DNA from: Amphiscolops sp. MND2022
Taxonomy: Eukaryota
Direction: 5' to 3'
DNA length: 64,000 nt
NCBI GenBank assembly: GCA_964187785.1
Contig: OZ076409.1
Location: 34,536,001 to 34,600,000 of the forward strand
How positions within the stretch are numbered: the first letter of the stretch is position 1; the number at the start of each line of letters is the position of its first letter. The notes under the pieces were generated by a model. It saw only the letters and a list, made by a program, of their open reading frames with translations. It had not been told where the DNA came from and searched no databases. This document shows, in pieces, positions 1 through 11,376 of this stretch. Made by a program: the position numbers and the translations under genes.

Positions 1-1426
1 ACATTTCATTTACAAACCATGTTACACACGGTTCACCAAAGTATGAGCTGTAATTATTACCAAATGGTGAAATTATATAAAACCCTACTGCAATTGGAAT
101 TTGTTTAAATAATACTTTGGGCGCAGCTTCGCGGTCACCTGTTGGTTGATTAATACATTCAAAATCTGCATATACTCTTATTGGTACGGGAACTTTCATA
201 TGATAATCTTCGAACTTTAAGTGATCCTTCCAACTGAATGTGATATTAGTTGGTTGTTGTTTTATACATCTTTCTATATGATCAAGTAGAACTGGTTGTG
301 AACTAAATGTAGTTAGGCATCTTCTACACACCCATTTCATGTGCGAATCTTTATTTAATAAACAATGCAGTTTTGTTATTAAACAATAGTGATTTTGATA
401 CAGCATTAAATCTATTTGTGGTTGATCATAGTTTGTGTTAATATGAATTGGTGTTAAAACTGTTTTTGTGAGTTCAAATACATTTACGTTTAAATTATTT
501 AAGTTTTCAAACTTGGGAATATCTTTAATTTTCATGGGGAATTCTAAACCATTTGAAATGAGTTTGTTCAGATTCATTGAATAACTTGATGTTCTATTTT
601 TATGATCCTCAACGGGAAAAAGGTGTGCTAGGATACACCATAAAAAACAATATTGATCATCATTTTTTATATTTATAATTGATTTATTATTCTTATATTT
701 TTCTGGCAACTCAACCCATGAAGAAGCTTGAATATCATTGACTTTATATACCTCCATTATAACATTGACAATACCGTTTAACACAAAACCTGATCCTTCT
801 AATTGTTCATCATCTAATTTCTGCATTAATATGTTGTGAATATTTGGGTTTGTGCCGAAGGCAGTCTGTGTGTGATTGTAATTAAAATCTGATTTAACCC
901 ATTTGTGAAATACGTTTTCTTCTCCATTAACTATTTTTGAAAACTTAGCTAAATAACTCAATTGGAACTTGTATCGGGGAAAGAAGCTAGTTTTTAGTAA
1001 ATCATTAATCTGTTCTTCAAGATGATTTGTTGGATTTACTCTCAGTTTAATGTATGTTTTTTCATTCACAATTATTTCTACACCAGTTCCTACGTTAGTT
1101 CCTACGTTAGTTCCTACTCCATGTAGTGTATTGTTTATAGCATTATTCTGACTTCTTAACGTGTGAATTTCACTTTGAAAATGTCTTGAATTACTTATAT
1201 ATTTACCACAATCTTCACACCAAATTTGTGTAGCTTCGCGTTGTTGTTTGGTTTTGTTTTTATGTTCATCTGAATTCAGATGATTAGACTTGTCAGACAA
1301 TGGCATAAATGTATTACATTTTTTACAATAATATTGATTTAATTTTTGTAAATGTTTTATTGATTTTAGATGATCGGACTTGTAAGCTTTTTTATAATCA
1401 GAATTACAAATACTGCAGTTCTCCAT
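1..1426 (-). CDS. Polinton-type family B DNA polymerase, N-terminal part (zinc fingers + start of exonuclease domain); 3' end outside window
   Basis: Not in the ORF track because it has no stop inside the window. Manual translation from ATG 1426: MENCSICNSDYKKAYKSDHLKSIKH...CKKC..H..H...CEDC..H..H...LEGSGF...WVELPEKYKNNKSIINIKNDDQYCFLWCILAHL...HYCLI...CRRCL...H...C...VYADFEC (Exo I DxE-like). This motif order is characteristic of Polinton polB. Confidence 0.85.
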   Translation of the reverse strand, partial: MENCSICNSDYKKAYKSDHLKSIKHLQKLNQYYCKKCNTFMPLSDKSNHLNSDEHKNKTKQQREATQIWCEDCGKYISNSRHFQSEIHTLRSQNNAINNTLHGVGTNVGTNVGTGVEIIVNEKTYIKLRVNPTNHLEEQINDLLKTSFFPRYKFQLSYLAKFSKIVNGEENVFHKWVKSDFNYNHTQTAFGTNPNIHNILMQKLDDEQLEGSGFVLNGIVNVIMEVYKVNDIQASSWVELPEKYKNNKSIINIKNDDQYCFLWCILAHLFPVEDHKNRTSSYSMNLNKLISNGLEFPMKIKDIPKFENLNNLNVNVFELTKTVLTPIHINTNYDQPQIDLMLYQNHYCLITKLHCLLNKDSHMKWVCRRCLTTFSSQPVLLDHIERCIKQQPTNITFSWKDHLKFEDYHMKVPVPIRVYADFECINQPTGDREAAPKVLFKQIPIAVGFYIISPFGNNYSSYFGEPCVTWFVNEM

Positions 1427-1548
1427 TTATTTATAATAAATTTATGAATTTAATGGCAGCATATTTTGTGTAGCTTCGCAATAGTATATTTTTCAATTAT
1501 TAGTGTTAATTTTTATTTTATTTTTTATGTTAAAATTGAATAAATTAA

Positions 1549-2259
1549 TTATAAAAAATTGTGTGGTTTAAGTGGTATTGTTGGTGGTGTGTGTGAAGCT
1601 ACTTGTGATTTTGTATGCGAAGCTGTGATTTTGTGTGATTTTGTGTGAATTTCCTGTGAAGCTGTGTTAGCTGTCGCGTTAGCTGTCGCGTTAGCTGTTG
1701 CGTTAGCTGTTGCGTTAGCTGTCGCCTGATAATATTCAAATTGAGTCACAAATCGATGATATTCTTTTTCATCTATACAGTTGTCTTTTAGGCTAGTGAC
1801 ATAAAGTTGTCTAAAGTCGTCAAGAGTCTTCTGAATAATAGTGTACTTAAGTTTATAATTTTGCTCCTTTTTCTTCAAATAACTAGAACAAATCTTAACA
1901 AGGATACCAGTTGTACAACCAACTCCTGCAGCGATTGGAACAACTATAATACCCACACCAGTAATACTTAGTGAGATTGATGCTGAAGTTGTTCCAATCA
2001 CTATAATACCATCGAGGGAGTTAATTAAGTTATTTATTAGCTTGTATTTGTTGTATTTCTGTTTGTATTTCTTTTCTTCCATTTCATAATATTTCATCAT
2101 TAGACTAATGTTTTGAATAGAATTATTGAAACTATTTACTTTTTGTAATTCGCTTTGCAATCGCTTATTTATCATTGATTCTACATCATATGGTGTGGGG
2201 GGAGAGGCCGTTGCGTTAGCTGTCGCGGGGGTCAGAGAGGGATAGAGTTTTTGTTCCAT
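1549..2259 (-). CDS. Polinton accessory membrane protein (coiled coil + Gly/Ala/Ile hydrophobic hairpin)
   Basis: 236-aa ORF with a Lys/Tyr-rich helix, then the hydrophobic segment IIVIGTTSASISLSITGVGIIVVPIAAGVGCTTGILV, and ATAN repeats encoded by a 12-bp tandem repeat. Confidence 0.7.
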   Translation of the reverse strand: MEQKLYPSLTPATANATASPPTPYDVESMINKRLQSELQKVNSFNNSIQNISLMMKYYEMEEKKYKQKYNKYKLINNLINSLDGIIVIGTTSASISLSITGVGIIVVPIAAGVGCTTGILVKICSSYLKKKEQNYKLKYTIIQKTLDDFRQLYVTSLKDNCIDEKEYHRFVTQFEYYQATANATANATANATANATANTASQEIHTKSHKITASHTKSQVASHTPPTIPLKPHNFL

Positions 2260-2262
2260 TTA

Positions 2263-3075
2263 TTAATCATATAAAATGAAATTTATTTCCGTTGGTGTTA
2301 ATTTCATTCTGTGTTTCATATCAACAAGGTCTTTATAGGAATCTTTTTTCAATGACTCCAGAATTGATTGTCTGGTAGAATATTCTAAATCCGACAGATA
2401 ATATTCACCATCTGAAGTAGGTATTGTTTTTCCATACTTTTCCTTTAAATAGGATTCACTAAAAGTTAGATAATTTGCAAAAGCTTGATCTTTATTGGGA
2501 AAGGAATCGAACAAGCCTTTGTCATAAAGCAGTTGAATTATGTTGTTAGTTATAGTAATTTTATTTTGATCTAGGCTATTAAAAATTTTATTAATTTCAT
2601 CTTCATTTAAAATCATTCCAGCTTGACCCACCTGACTCATAAACTTTAAATTACGGACTGTTAACATTTCAAAACTATTGTTGTGTATTAAATTTAGTAC
2701 CTCATTTACTAAAGCAGTTCTTTGTTCGGCGAAAGATTTTTTCATATTTTGTTCTAATTTATTTATGGTTTTTGAAAGGTCTGAAAACTGGGAATAAATA
2801 TCATTCATTAACTTTGTGTTTAATAAAACATCTTGAATTTCCTGTGGGTCTAGTGTTTGATGCCCTTTCACGTCTAGTATTTTTTCTTCTATTAATTTCT
2901 CTTGATTTTCTATGTCATTTTCAAAATCGCGTTGCAAATCTTCTTTTAATTTGGAATGGGTTATTTGGGCTAATTTTTCTTGACTTTTTATCATATCTTT
3001 TAGCTCCTGATATTCCCTCAGTTTTAGCTGTTCACTAGAATAACCAAACTTATGAAGAGACGGAGTTTCATACAT
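2263..3075 (-). CDS. Polinton hypothetical coiled-coil protein
   Basis: 270-aa ORF whose stop lies 3 nt before the next ATG; same AATAAATG start context as its neighbours. Confidence 0.65.
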   Translation of the reverse strand: MYETPSLHKFGYSSEQLKLREYQELKDMIKSQEKLAQITHSKLKEDLQRDFENDIENQEKLIEEKILDVKGHQTLDPQEIQDVLLNTKLMNDIYSQFSDLSKTINKLEQNMKKSFAEQRTALVNEVLNLIHNNSFEMLTVRNLKFMSQVGQAGMILNEDEINKIFNSLDQNKITITNNIIQLLYDKGLFDSFPNKDQAFANYLTFSESYLKEKYGKTIPTSDGEYYLSDLEYSTRQSILESLKKDSYKDLVDMKHRMKLTPTEINFILYD

Positions 3076-3120
3076 TTATTAAGATGAAAAAGTTGAAAAA
3101 TACGCGAAGCTATGCAAAAC

Positions 3121-3361
3121 CCATAGGCATGCCATTGGTATTGACATGCCTATGGTAAACTCAAAGCCCATCGGGAGTCCGTTCCACTAAGAGTTTCCAC
3201 AGCAGGGATTATCCTTTTTAAGAACTGTGCCATTGGTGATTATTCTCCCATAGCATGTAAGTTGTAACAAAGACTGGGGGACGTTGGATAGAAGTGAACC
3301 CCAAACACTCCGGCCGAAGCCTTAACTTTAGTCAATGCTATAACCACTAAGCTATGGGAGA
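3121..3361 (-). ncRNA. Putative structured RNA / leader upstream of the Polinton gene cluster
   Basis: 11-bp inverted repeats at 3121-3131/3145-3155 and 3244-3254/3351-3361; GGC-UUCG-GCC tetraloop on the minus strand at 3312-3321. Confidence 0.35.
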
Positions 3362-3406
3362 CAAAAATGTGTTAGTTGTAGTTATATAAGAATAATGTAT
3401 GCGCCG

Positions 3407-3513
3407 GTACATTAACGTTGGTTGCACGTTAACGTTGGCTGTACATTAACGTTGGTTGTGCATTAATGCTGGTTGTACATTAACGTTGGTTGTGCATTAA
3501 TGCTGGCTGTACA
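3407..3513. repeat. Subterminal ~17-bp tandem repeat (TGTACATTAACGTTGGT-like, ~6 copies)
   Basis: Directly visible. Confidence 0.85.
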
Positions 3514-3707
3514 GCAACGTGTTATTATTACACATTGCGTAGCTTCGCGCGTAGCTTCGCGCATCATAGAGGTTAGTGAATTTTTGCTTCATGGTAAAAA
3601 CACTATTTTTGATGATTTGTTTTCTAAAAAGTGCTTAAAATCAATGGTTTTGAGGACTTTTAATTTTTGGGGTTTTTGTGGCCCGTATCGGGATTTCCCA
3701 TACTACT

Positions 3708-4888
3708 TGACAACGTGATGTACATCGATAAGTGTCTCTCACACATCTACTTTTTGGCAGGCAGCAGTGAAAACAACAGAAGAACATTTTCTCCACCCAA
3801 AAGAAGCACAAACACATTCCGCATGCTCGTTTGTTTTCATGCAGGCATGAGTTTGGATCGAAAGTGTCATCTAGAATTTTGAGGATGTTTTCTAGAAAAT
3901 TTGCATTATTATTGCCCAGGAGATCAACTTTGACTGATTCGTCTCTGTTTCCGAAGTTGAATTCACCACTGGACCCAGCAACAGGAGGAGTAGCTCTTTT
4001 CCTCATATTCGAGTAGAACGACGACCAAAACTGTTCCCTAGGTCAACCAAAAAAGTGCCTTTTTCAGCTATTTCTCTTCATAGAAAACATTACGACAATT
4101 TTGATCATTTGTTCGAGTTACAATGAAACGTAACTAGTTTATTGAAAACTATAAAGTCGAATGTTCAAGTTTTTCCAAGAAAAGCAAAGTTTCGTTTTTA
4201 ATCTTCGGCGACTCGAAAAAAACTAGTTTTTTTAAAAAAAAGGCTGTGATTTTTGTCCTGTGGCTTTCGAAGTGCTCATGGAGCAGACTGTAGTTCAAGC
4301 TGTTGATGCGCTTCAAAAATTAAAATTTTGCACAATTAGCTGGAGTATGCAGTTAAATTCGTTGCAAACATTGTTTCAAATTGCAGCTCAGTAGAATAAA
4401 TAAAAATAAAGTTTTCATAAGCACCTTTTTAAGGTTTACCTATTTCTATAATGGGAATGATGCTTCAAGAAGTTGTCTTCAATAGAGCTCAGAACTTGGC
4501 TCCAAAATTTGATCAGCAACGACGGAAGAATTTCTTTGAATTCGTCATCATCGACTTCGTCAGATATTTTGTTACAGAGTGTCTTCAAATCTTCTCCGGG
4601 AAAATGTCTCTTGAGAATTTGGATAAACTGGAAGTATTCATACTCAATTTCGCTCTCAGAGACGCTTTCGAAAGAAATGACATCTCTCCCGAACATCTTC
4701 CTGAGACTTTTCAAATCTTTCTTGTGAGCTACCTTGTCTCGAATCTTTTGTGTTACATCGGACAGTTGTTTGAAATCGTCTTCAGTTTGAATGTTAGAAC
4801 CGGTCAACGGCTCATTTGTCTGTGAACTGCTTGGTTTGTCCACTGCGTCATCAGAAGAATGCACAAGAATTTTAACCGAGCTCATCAT
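3708..4888 (-). pseudogene. Two exons (4888-4440, 4037-3708) of a spliced host gene interrupted by the Polinton
   Basis: A GT..AG intron at 4439-4038 joins ORF 4436-4888 to ORF 3641-4006 in frame (AG|G = Arg, then EQFWSSFYSNMRKR). The frame runs into the Polinton terminus. Confidence 0.6.
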
Positions 4889-5473
4889 TTCACCAGAAAA
4901 AAACTGTGAGTTGAGCCGGTCACGGAATCAGTGTAAACGTCACCTTCAGGAATGCCATCGAACGTAGTAGTAGATGGATGAGCGAATATGACTCTGGAAC
5001 TTTGAAGTTCTTCTCTTCCCGCACAAACAATGTTTGTTTCTGGAAATCTGAAATTCGCATCAAAGTTTCCATCATTTTTGAAAAATACTAAGAGAACTTA
5101 TTCACAAAGAAACAAGACAGGAACGGCCCAAGTCGACGCACCGCTTAAGGTTCAAAAAGAGCAAAGTCTTTAAAATATGCAACTTGGATGAAAAGTTGCA
5201 GCACAGTACCAAAAATACCCAAGGAGGCTTTTTAATGTCGAAAAACATTTTTTAAAAATAAAAGTCATAAATTATGTCAGTTCAAGTGGTCTTTAAAAAG
5301 GCACTTCTATAGTTTGCGTTTTATATAGTTTCTTAGCTAATTTTCATAAAAAGATATTAGTAGCTTAGGGTTAATAGATAGCATTTATGACATTTTAAGA
5401 AATTTTAGGATTTAAGTTCCATACGTTAGCACCTAAATAACCTAACACTAAGATATTAATACGACATAAGAAT

Positions 5474-5585
5474 ATGAATACGACATAAGATCTGATGCTC
5501 ATAATTATCATATATCCAAATTATGAGAATTCTCATAATTTGGATATATGATAATTATGAGCATCAGATCTTATGTCGTATTCAT
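5474..5585. repeat. Perfect 112-bp palindrome with no spacer
   Basis: Centre GAGAA|TTCTC at 5529/5530; arms match base for base. Confidence 0.95.
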
Positions 5586-5691
5586 TGAGGTATTTTGTTT
5601 CTTCAGATCAGAAGTCTTCAATATTGAGACCTGGTTCGTGGAATTTTAAGTTCTTAATCTGGATTTAAATTGGCACATATTTCGCCTTAAT

Positions 5692-6031
5692 TTAGTCGGC
5701 GCTTTTCTTGAAAAAGTCGACTATAGTCATGACTTTTCGTCAGTGTTTTTTTTCGATACGCCTGAAGTGACCAAAATAGTTCTATCAAAAGTTGTACAAA
5801 CTTTAAATTGCCGCTGTTGGCCTAGGGAAGTGAACCAAAACGTTTCCGGCGTAACATACGATACCGGACGAGACCAAAAGGGTCCCCCTATCAGTTTTTT
5901 TCGGCATTGTGAGACTTTTTTTCGGAAATTTTTTTTCATAAGAGGATCCCCAACTCACCAATACTTTGACATATTGAAGTCCTTTTGCTATTTTTGAGCC
6001 TTAGATATGGCGCCGACTTGGGCCGGTTGTT
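5692..6031 (+). mobile_element. Helentron-associated (DINE-1/HINE-like) non-autonomous element
   Basis: TTAGTCGGCGC ... GGCGCCGACTTGGGCCGG-TTGTT: short subterminal inverted repeats and T-rich ends; multi-copy family in this window. Confidence 0.6.
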
Positions 6032-6791
6032 AGATTTTACTATCACATTTTGGAGAAATGCGAACATTTTCAGACAGGTCAGAGTCAGGCAGGTTCAGGT
6101 TTCCAGATGTTGATTGCCAGTGATTTAGATCCGATTACTACGTTTCAAGACCTATGTCTAATTATGTGGAACCTAAGTCATTCTTTCTGAAACTGACGCT
6201 CCATGAAAAAGTTTTAAAAGCTTTTCGGAGTTTTTTTATTCGGTTGAAATGACCAAAGTATTCTAAAAAAGTTCTATAACCCAAGGTCTGAAGAATTCGA
6301 AGGGCCACGCCTTTCATTTTCCAACATTTTTTCGAATTACAAAGCTAAATGTGGCTTCATCTTTGGCACTGTGCGACAACTTTTTGAAAAATTTTCTGTC
6401 CAACAAAAGGGTTCTTGAGGTGACTTTAAAAATCCTTTTTTCAAGTCCAAAATATCCTTCCTTCAACTTTTTTTCGCGCCGAAGGTTTTGAGAATTTTTT
6501 CAAAGACAAATTCTCAACGATTTGAAGTACTGTGAAGTCTTAAGCGGGGCGTTCCTGTGTTTGTGACCCAATTTTGAAAAACTGGAGTTTCACATTGGTA
6601 CATCATTGCACAGACATGCGGTTCAGATCGTGTTCAGTATCTCTTCAGTGCCAATCAGAACTTTTCAGATTTTGATTTCTCAAAATCATCATGCTGTGTA
6701 GCATTTTTTTAAAATTCTGTCATATCGCCGCCTAATTCCAAATTCTGCCAAGTCTTTACTTTGTTGTTATTCCATTTAAAATCTGTAGTTA

Positions 6792-6965
6792 CTCCCATTT
6801 GTCCCAGCACGCTTTTTCCAAGCTTTTGACGTTATATTCTAAGCAAACTGCGCTTTAGTAAGGAGGAGGCAAAGGTTCAAAATTTTTACGTTATATCCAA
6901 GATTTTGACCTCATATCTAAAAAAATGTGTTTTACTGAGGAGAAAGAAGGTCCAAAATATTGCGC
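6792..6965. repeat. Dispersed repeat (CTCCCATTTGTCCCAGCACG family), copy 1
   Basis: Second copy at 7521; internal GACGTTATATC...AAGGAGGAGG subrepeats. Confidence 0.6.
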
Positions 6966-7520
6966 CCCTTTCGCAAAAGACCGCCTGACTGTCTCGACAT
7001 AGATCGTACATATTATTGGCTCTCTTGATAAGAATCTTGCCAAGTTTCTTTTCAAGGTTTTCACGAACCTCCACGGTTCTTGTCACGAATCCCAAGAACT
7101 TCGCCACTAAGTACTCTTAGTTTCTGTTGTGAGATTTGCAATATCTCAGTTCTACTGCAAACAGTTTCCAAATTTCTTACATTTCCAGTCTGATATTCCA
7201 AAAATGACTGAATATTGTCGAAGTTGAAAAGTATCCATGGCTCAGTGAAATCCATTCTCCAAAATGTTGTAAATGAAGCGGTCAGAAGTTAGAGAAACGC
7301 TGAGAACGCTTATGCAACTATAGTGTTTCCCAATTTTTATTACAGAACCTTCGGAAAGTTTCATCATTTTCCGCCCCCACAAAGTTATTTGTGAATGGGG
7401 GAGGCAAATCTTAATCTGTGTTGCGCTTTTTTCAAATTCTGCCAAATCTCCACTTTCTGCTCCATTGTATATTTATTATTGCGTTTTACTAAAGAGGATG
7501 CGGAGATTCGAAAACAGGCG

Positions 7521-7740
7521 CTCCCATTTGTCCCAGCACGGTATATCCGAACTTTTGACGTTATATCCGAAGTTAATTGTGTTTTACCACGGAGGAAGCG
7601 GAGGTTCGAAAATATTTCGCTATATCGAATTTTGATGTTATATCTGAAGTAAATTGGGTTTTACCAAGGAGGAGGTAAATTTTTGATTAAGTGTCTTTTG
7701 TGAGCCAATTGAAGGCGAAAAATATCCCGGCGTCTTGTAA
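7521..7740. repeat. Dispersed repeat (CTCCCATTTGTCCCAGCACG family), copy 2
   Basis: Similar to 6792-6965. Confidence 0.6.
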
Positions 7741-7959
7741 ATTAAATAGTTGTCAGAGACCTTTTCTAATCTATTGTTTTTGAAATGTTTGACTTGCAGT
7801 GAGGTTTTAAGTCTAAACAAGGTCTGGAAGATAACTTCTCAGACAGATTACTTGAGTTTTGAAACAAAATAGCTAACGTTTTTGATTATTTTGTAACGTG
7901 CACCAGTTTCGTTAAACCTGTTCGACATTTTTAAAAATTTCTAACTATAGCGCAAAAAT

Positions 7960-8565
7960 AACATGCCGGGAACGGCCCAAGTTGGCGCAATATCTAATGC
8001 TCAAAAATTTTCAAAGAACAACTAATGTGAAATTTTTCAATTTTCTTTCAGTGTCGAAACATACCCGAAAGGGTTTTCCCCGAGATTCAAAAACTGCTTT
8101 TTTTCTAAACTGGAAACATCAGAAAATAATTTACCTTCAGAAAAAATTTAGTTTTGAAAAAAGTATTTTGTGAACAAAGTCAGTCGCATAATGCCAAAGA
8201 ACCCAAAAAGATACCCTTTAGGCTCATTGAACGTTTTTTACAAACCCAAAACTTCCAAAGAATGCAAGGGGGTACCCTTTGATAGAACACAAAAAACATT
8301 ATGTAAAAAGTCACAGAGTGCCAAAAAAACGCAAAGAGGGGGGCCTCTTGGTCTCCCCTCTACTTTTGGAAGCATAAAAATTTTCTGGTTTAGTGCGAGA
8401 CTCGAACCCACTTATTCCTACTTCTCAGTCCCCAAAAAAACTGTCGGCCGAAAAGTTGAACAAATGATCAAAAAAGTGGACCATTCAGAGTGAGATTGTC
8501 AGCTGAAAAAAACTACCCACTGTAATAGTTGGGCATTTTTCCTTAAAGGAAAAGGCGCCGACTAA
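7960..8565 (-). mobile_element. HINE-like element, same family
   Basis: AACATGCCGGGAACGGCCCAAGTTGGCGC ... GGCGCCGACTAA, with a terminal GCCG-TTCC-CGGC hairpin. Confidence 0.65.
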
Positions 8566-11055
8566 AAATGGCCGACAGGGCAGGTACACAAAATCAGTCA
8601 TCAAAACGGTGCTCGAAAAAGAACACACACGGATAGTATACCCCGGAAACACCCGAAAAACTCTATAACACCCATATTGTACCATTTCACCCACGATTGT
8701 CCATTTAGAGAGTTTTGAAGACAAACCCAGGAAATGCCCTGGAACCCAGGAGAAAAATGCAACTTTGTCACGGACTGTTCCACAGACCCAAAACCCGCTA
8801 AGATTGTTTCAGATGTTTTCTTAGCGTGTATTGTAATTGCCTAGTAACAATTTGCAGGTGTATGACGATGTTTGATCTGTTAGATTCCTCATGTTTCCAT
8901 CATATTACCCCATTATAATGTATTTCAGCTAATTGCCTTTTTGGACTTCCGAAGTATGTAGGAAGTCTAGGAACAGTTTTACGTGCTTGTGGGACGTTTT
9001 CGGACTTTGAGAGTATCAGCACGTCGCCTCGGTGCTCTAAATGAGGAAAAATCCCCCTATTAGACCACTTTTGGGTGAAAAGATGATGTCTAGGCTTGTA
9101 GAAAGACAATCTAGCAAGCAACATAGGCATTGTCCCAGCCCTAGTATGTACGCCTCTTGCTGGACATTACATTTCAGTTTGTTTTTGAATTTTTAAACGA
9201 AATCTTTACGATTTCAAACTAATGGTTTCACCTTGCTTTTTTCTTTCCCATCCCTTGGACAAGATGATTAGCGGGTGAGGTTAGTATTTTAAGTACTTAG
9301 AGAATCACTTGAGATTCCATTTGTCTGCAAGTTTCAAAATACTTTCTTCATTACTCACAGCTGTGTTGCTTCGAATAAAAGAATCGTGGGTATAGGAACA
9401 TTTTTCGTAGACATCGCTGCTTATATTCAAGGGCGGTTTGTTCTCGGGCTGACTTAGAAGAATTACAGTATTCTATGCGTTAGGAAACACTGACCTTTCA
9501 ACGTCATCTTTTCCATTTGCTGAGCGACAGTGTGAAGACTGAAAACCCTTCTCTAGAAAATAGAAGTCGCGGTTCAGTTGAATTGGTGGATTTCTAGGAC
9601 TGCACATATCAGACAAACTTCTCTCCAATTGCTCCAAACTCTGCTGAGAGACACTTTTCTTCAATGAAAGCGTCTTTGCGCGTCGTTCTTCTGCTTGTTC
9701 CATCGTTTTTCTAAGTCAACCTCTGGAGAACGCCATTCATGTAAGTTGCAACTCTTGCTCACACTTTTTAAACAAAACAATAATGAGCGCAGTGATACTG
9801 CAAAAATTTTTGTTGCCTTGGTAAATTAGTGGCAAACACCATATTATTCACATATGTGACTTAATATACAATTGCTCCATGGTTGGCATCAAACGTTATT
9901 ACCCCCTTTTACACCTGTATTTTAAAATACAGCTTGTTTGAGCAAAAAATACAGAACTTTTGAGCGTACAAAGCGAACAATTTCAAATTTTGCTTATGAA
10001 GATACGAAGTAATCAATGTTGTTAAATTATTAAATTATAGAAAATAAAAGGCGTTATCAAGGATTTCCGTGTATCAAGGAAAATAAACACACAAGTTAAG
10101 GGACCCGGGGATGAATGTCGGATCTAAATGTGATTTTATTGAATAACGTAATATATCCAAAGGAGAAACAGGCGTGTATGCAACTTCTCACTCACGTACA
10201 GGGTACTTGCTAACAGTCGACTGGATTCAAACCGAACAAAGAATTTTATGCACTAGCGTGCACTTGTGGCGTTAAGTGTGGAAAAACGTCTTACGGATAA
10301 CGTTTTGGAATATTTGAGGAATGAAATGTAAAATGTAATGTATGCATACTCTCATAAGGATATGGAATATTAGTCTTTACACTCGAGAACGATTTCAACG
10401 TTATTCCGTAGACGTTATTGTTGCTTCCTGTGCCGCGTGTATACGAGAAGGTTCAGTAAAATATCGAAGAACATACGTCAGCGCTCGCACAGTAAAGTGT
10501 AAGCTGTATTTAAGAGTTACACTCAAAAACAAGAAAAACTTGCGCCTTTGAAAAACGGTCAATTGTGAGCTGATGTTTTCCATATGTGATTTTGAGGCCT
10601 AATTTTCATTGTGAAACATTTTTGCACGTATTCCGTAGTTTTTCAGCAAATATCTAGGATCGTTTTCAGGAACGTTCAGCAAATGTAATTCCTGTTTCTA
10701 ACAAAAAGGATTGAATTCGTACTGTATTGAGTTCTTGTGTATTTTTGCTGAAGACGTCGGTGGTTCGACTGAAGCGACCTCTGTTATTTTCAACGGCTGT
10801 TGAGTTTGGAAAGAAATTGTCGGAAGCACGGAAAATGAGGTTGCTTTCATAAAATAATTAGCTTCAATCCAAAAAATTTTTTCAATCTATTTGAGAATAT
10901 TACAGAAATTCATTTTATTCAACCACTAAACTAAATCATTGCATTTTATAGTTCCATAAAAATTTACAGCGTGCGTGTGGAGAAGAAAGTTCCAACAAAA
11001 AATATCACGATTGTCCCAGATTGCTATCTTCATTGCTATCTTCAATATCTGTTAA

Positions 11056-11376
11056 CCCAGATTGCTATCTTCATTGCAAAATAACTGTAGGCTCGACGTG
11101 ATATCTGAAGTCTTTTCCTATAGTTACAGGGGGGCAGTTTAGCTTAATGAATTTTATTTTATAATCTCTTTGAAAATTATTTTCCGAAATACGTTTTTAA
11201 TTCATACTGATTTAAATCATTATGAATTAAAAACGTATTTCGGAAAATAATTCTCAAAAAGGTTATAAAATAAAATTCATTAAGCTAAACTGCCCCCCCC
11301 CCCTGTAACTATTGAAAAAGACTTCAGATATCACGTCAAGCATACAGTTATTTTGCAATGAAGATAGCAATCTGGG
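11056..11376. repeat. Imperfect ~320-bp foldback (MITE-like) palindrome
   Basis: CCCAGATTGCTATCTTCATTGCAAAATAACTG ... CAGTTATTTTGCAATGAAGATAGCAATCTGGG, centre TGATTT|AAATCA. Confidence 0.85.

Larger units (their letters stand above)
1..3707 (-). mobile_element. Terminal part of a Polinton/Maverick (adintovirus-like) element
   Basis: Three intronless, co-oriented AT-rich ORFs including a polB-type N-terminus. The minus strand begins AGTAGTATGGG at 3707, matching the AG/AGT-repeat termini typical of Polintons. Subterminal tandem repeats are present. The other end lies outside the window. Confidence 0.8.
6040..9703 (-). pseudogene. Scattered decayed coding-like segments, possibly upstream exons of the same gene
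   Basis: Protein-like minus-strand stretches with stops and frameshifts at ~6050-6210, 6580-6785, 6960-7310 and 8900-9703; no domain recognised. Confidence 0.25.
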
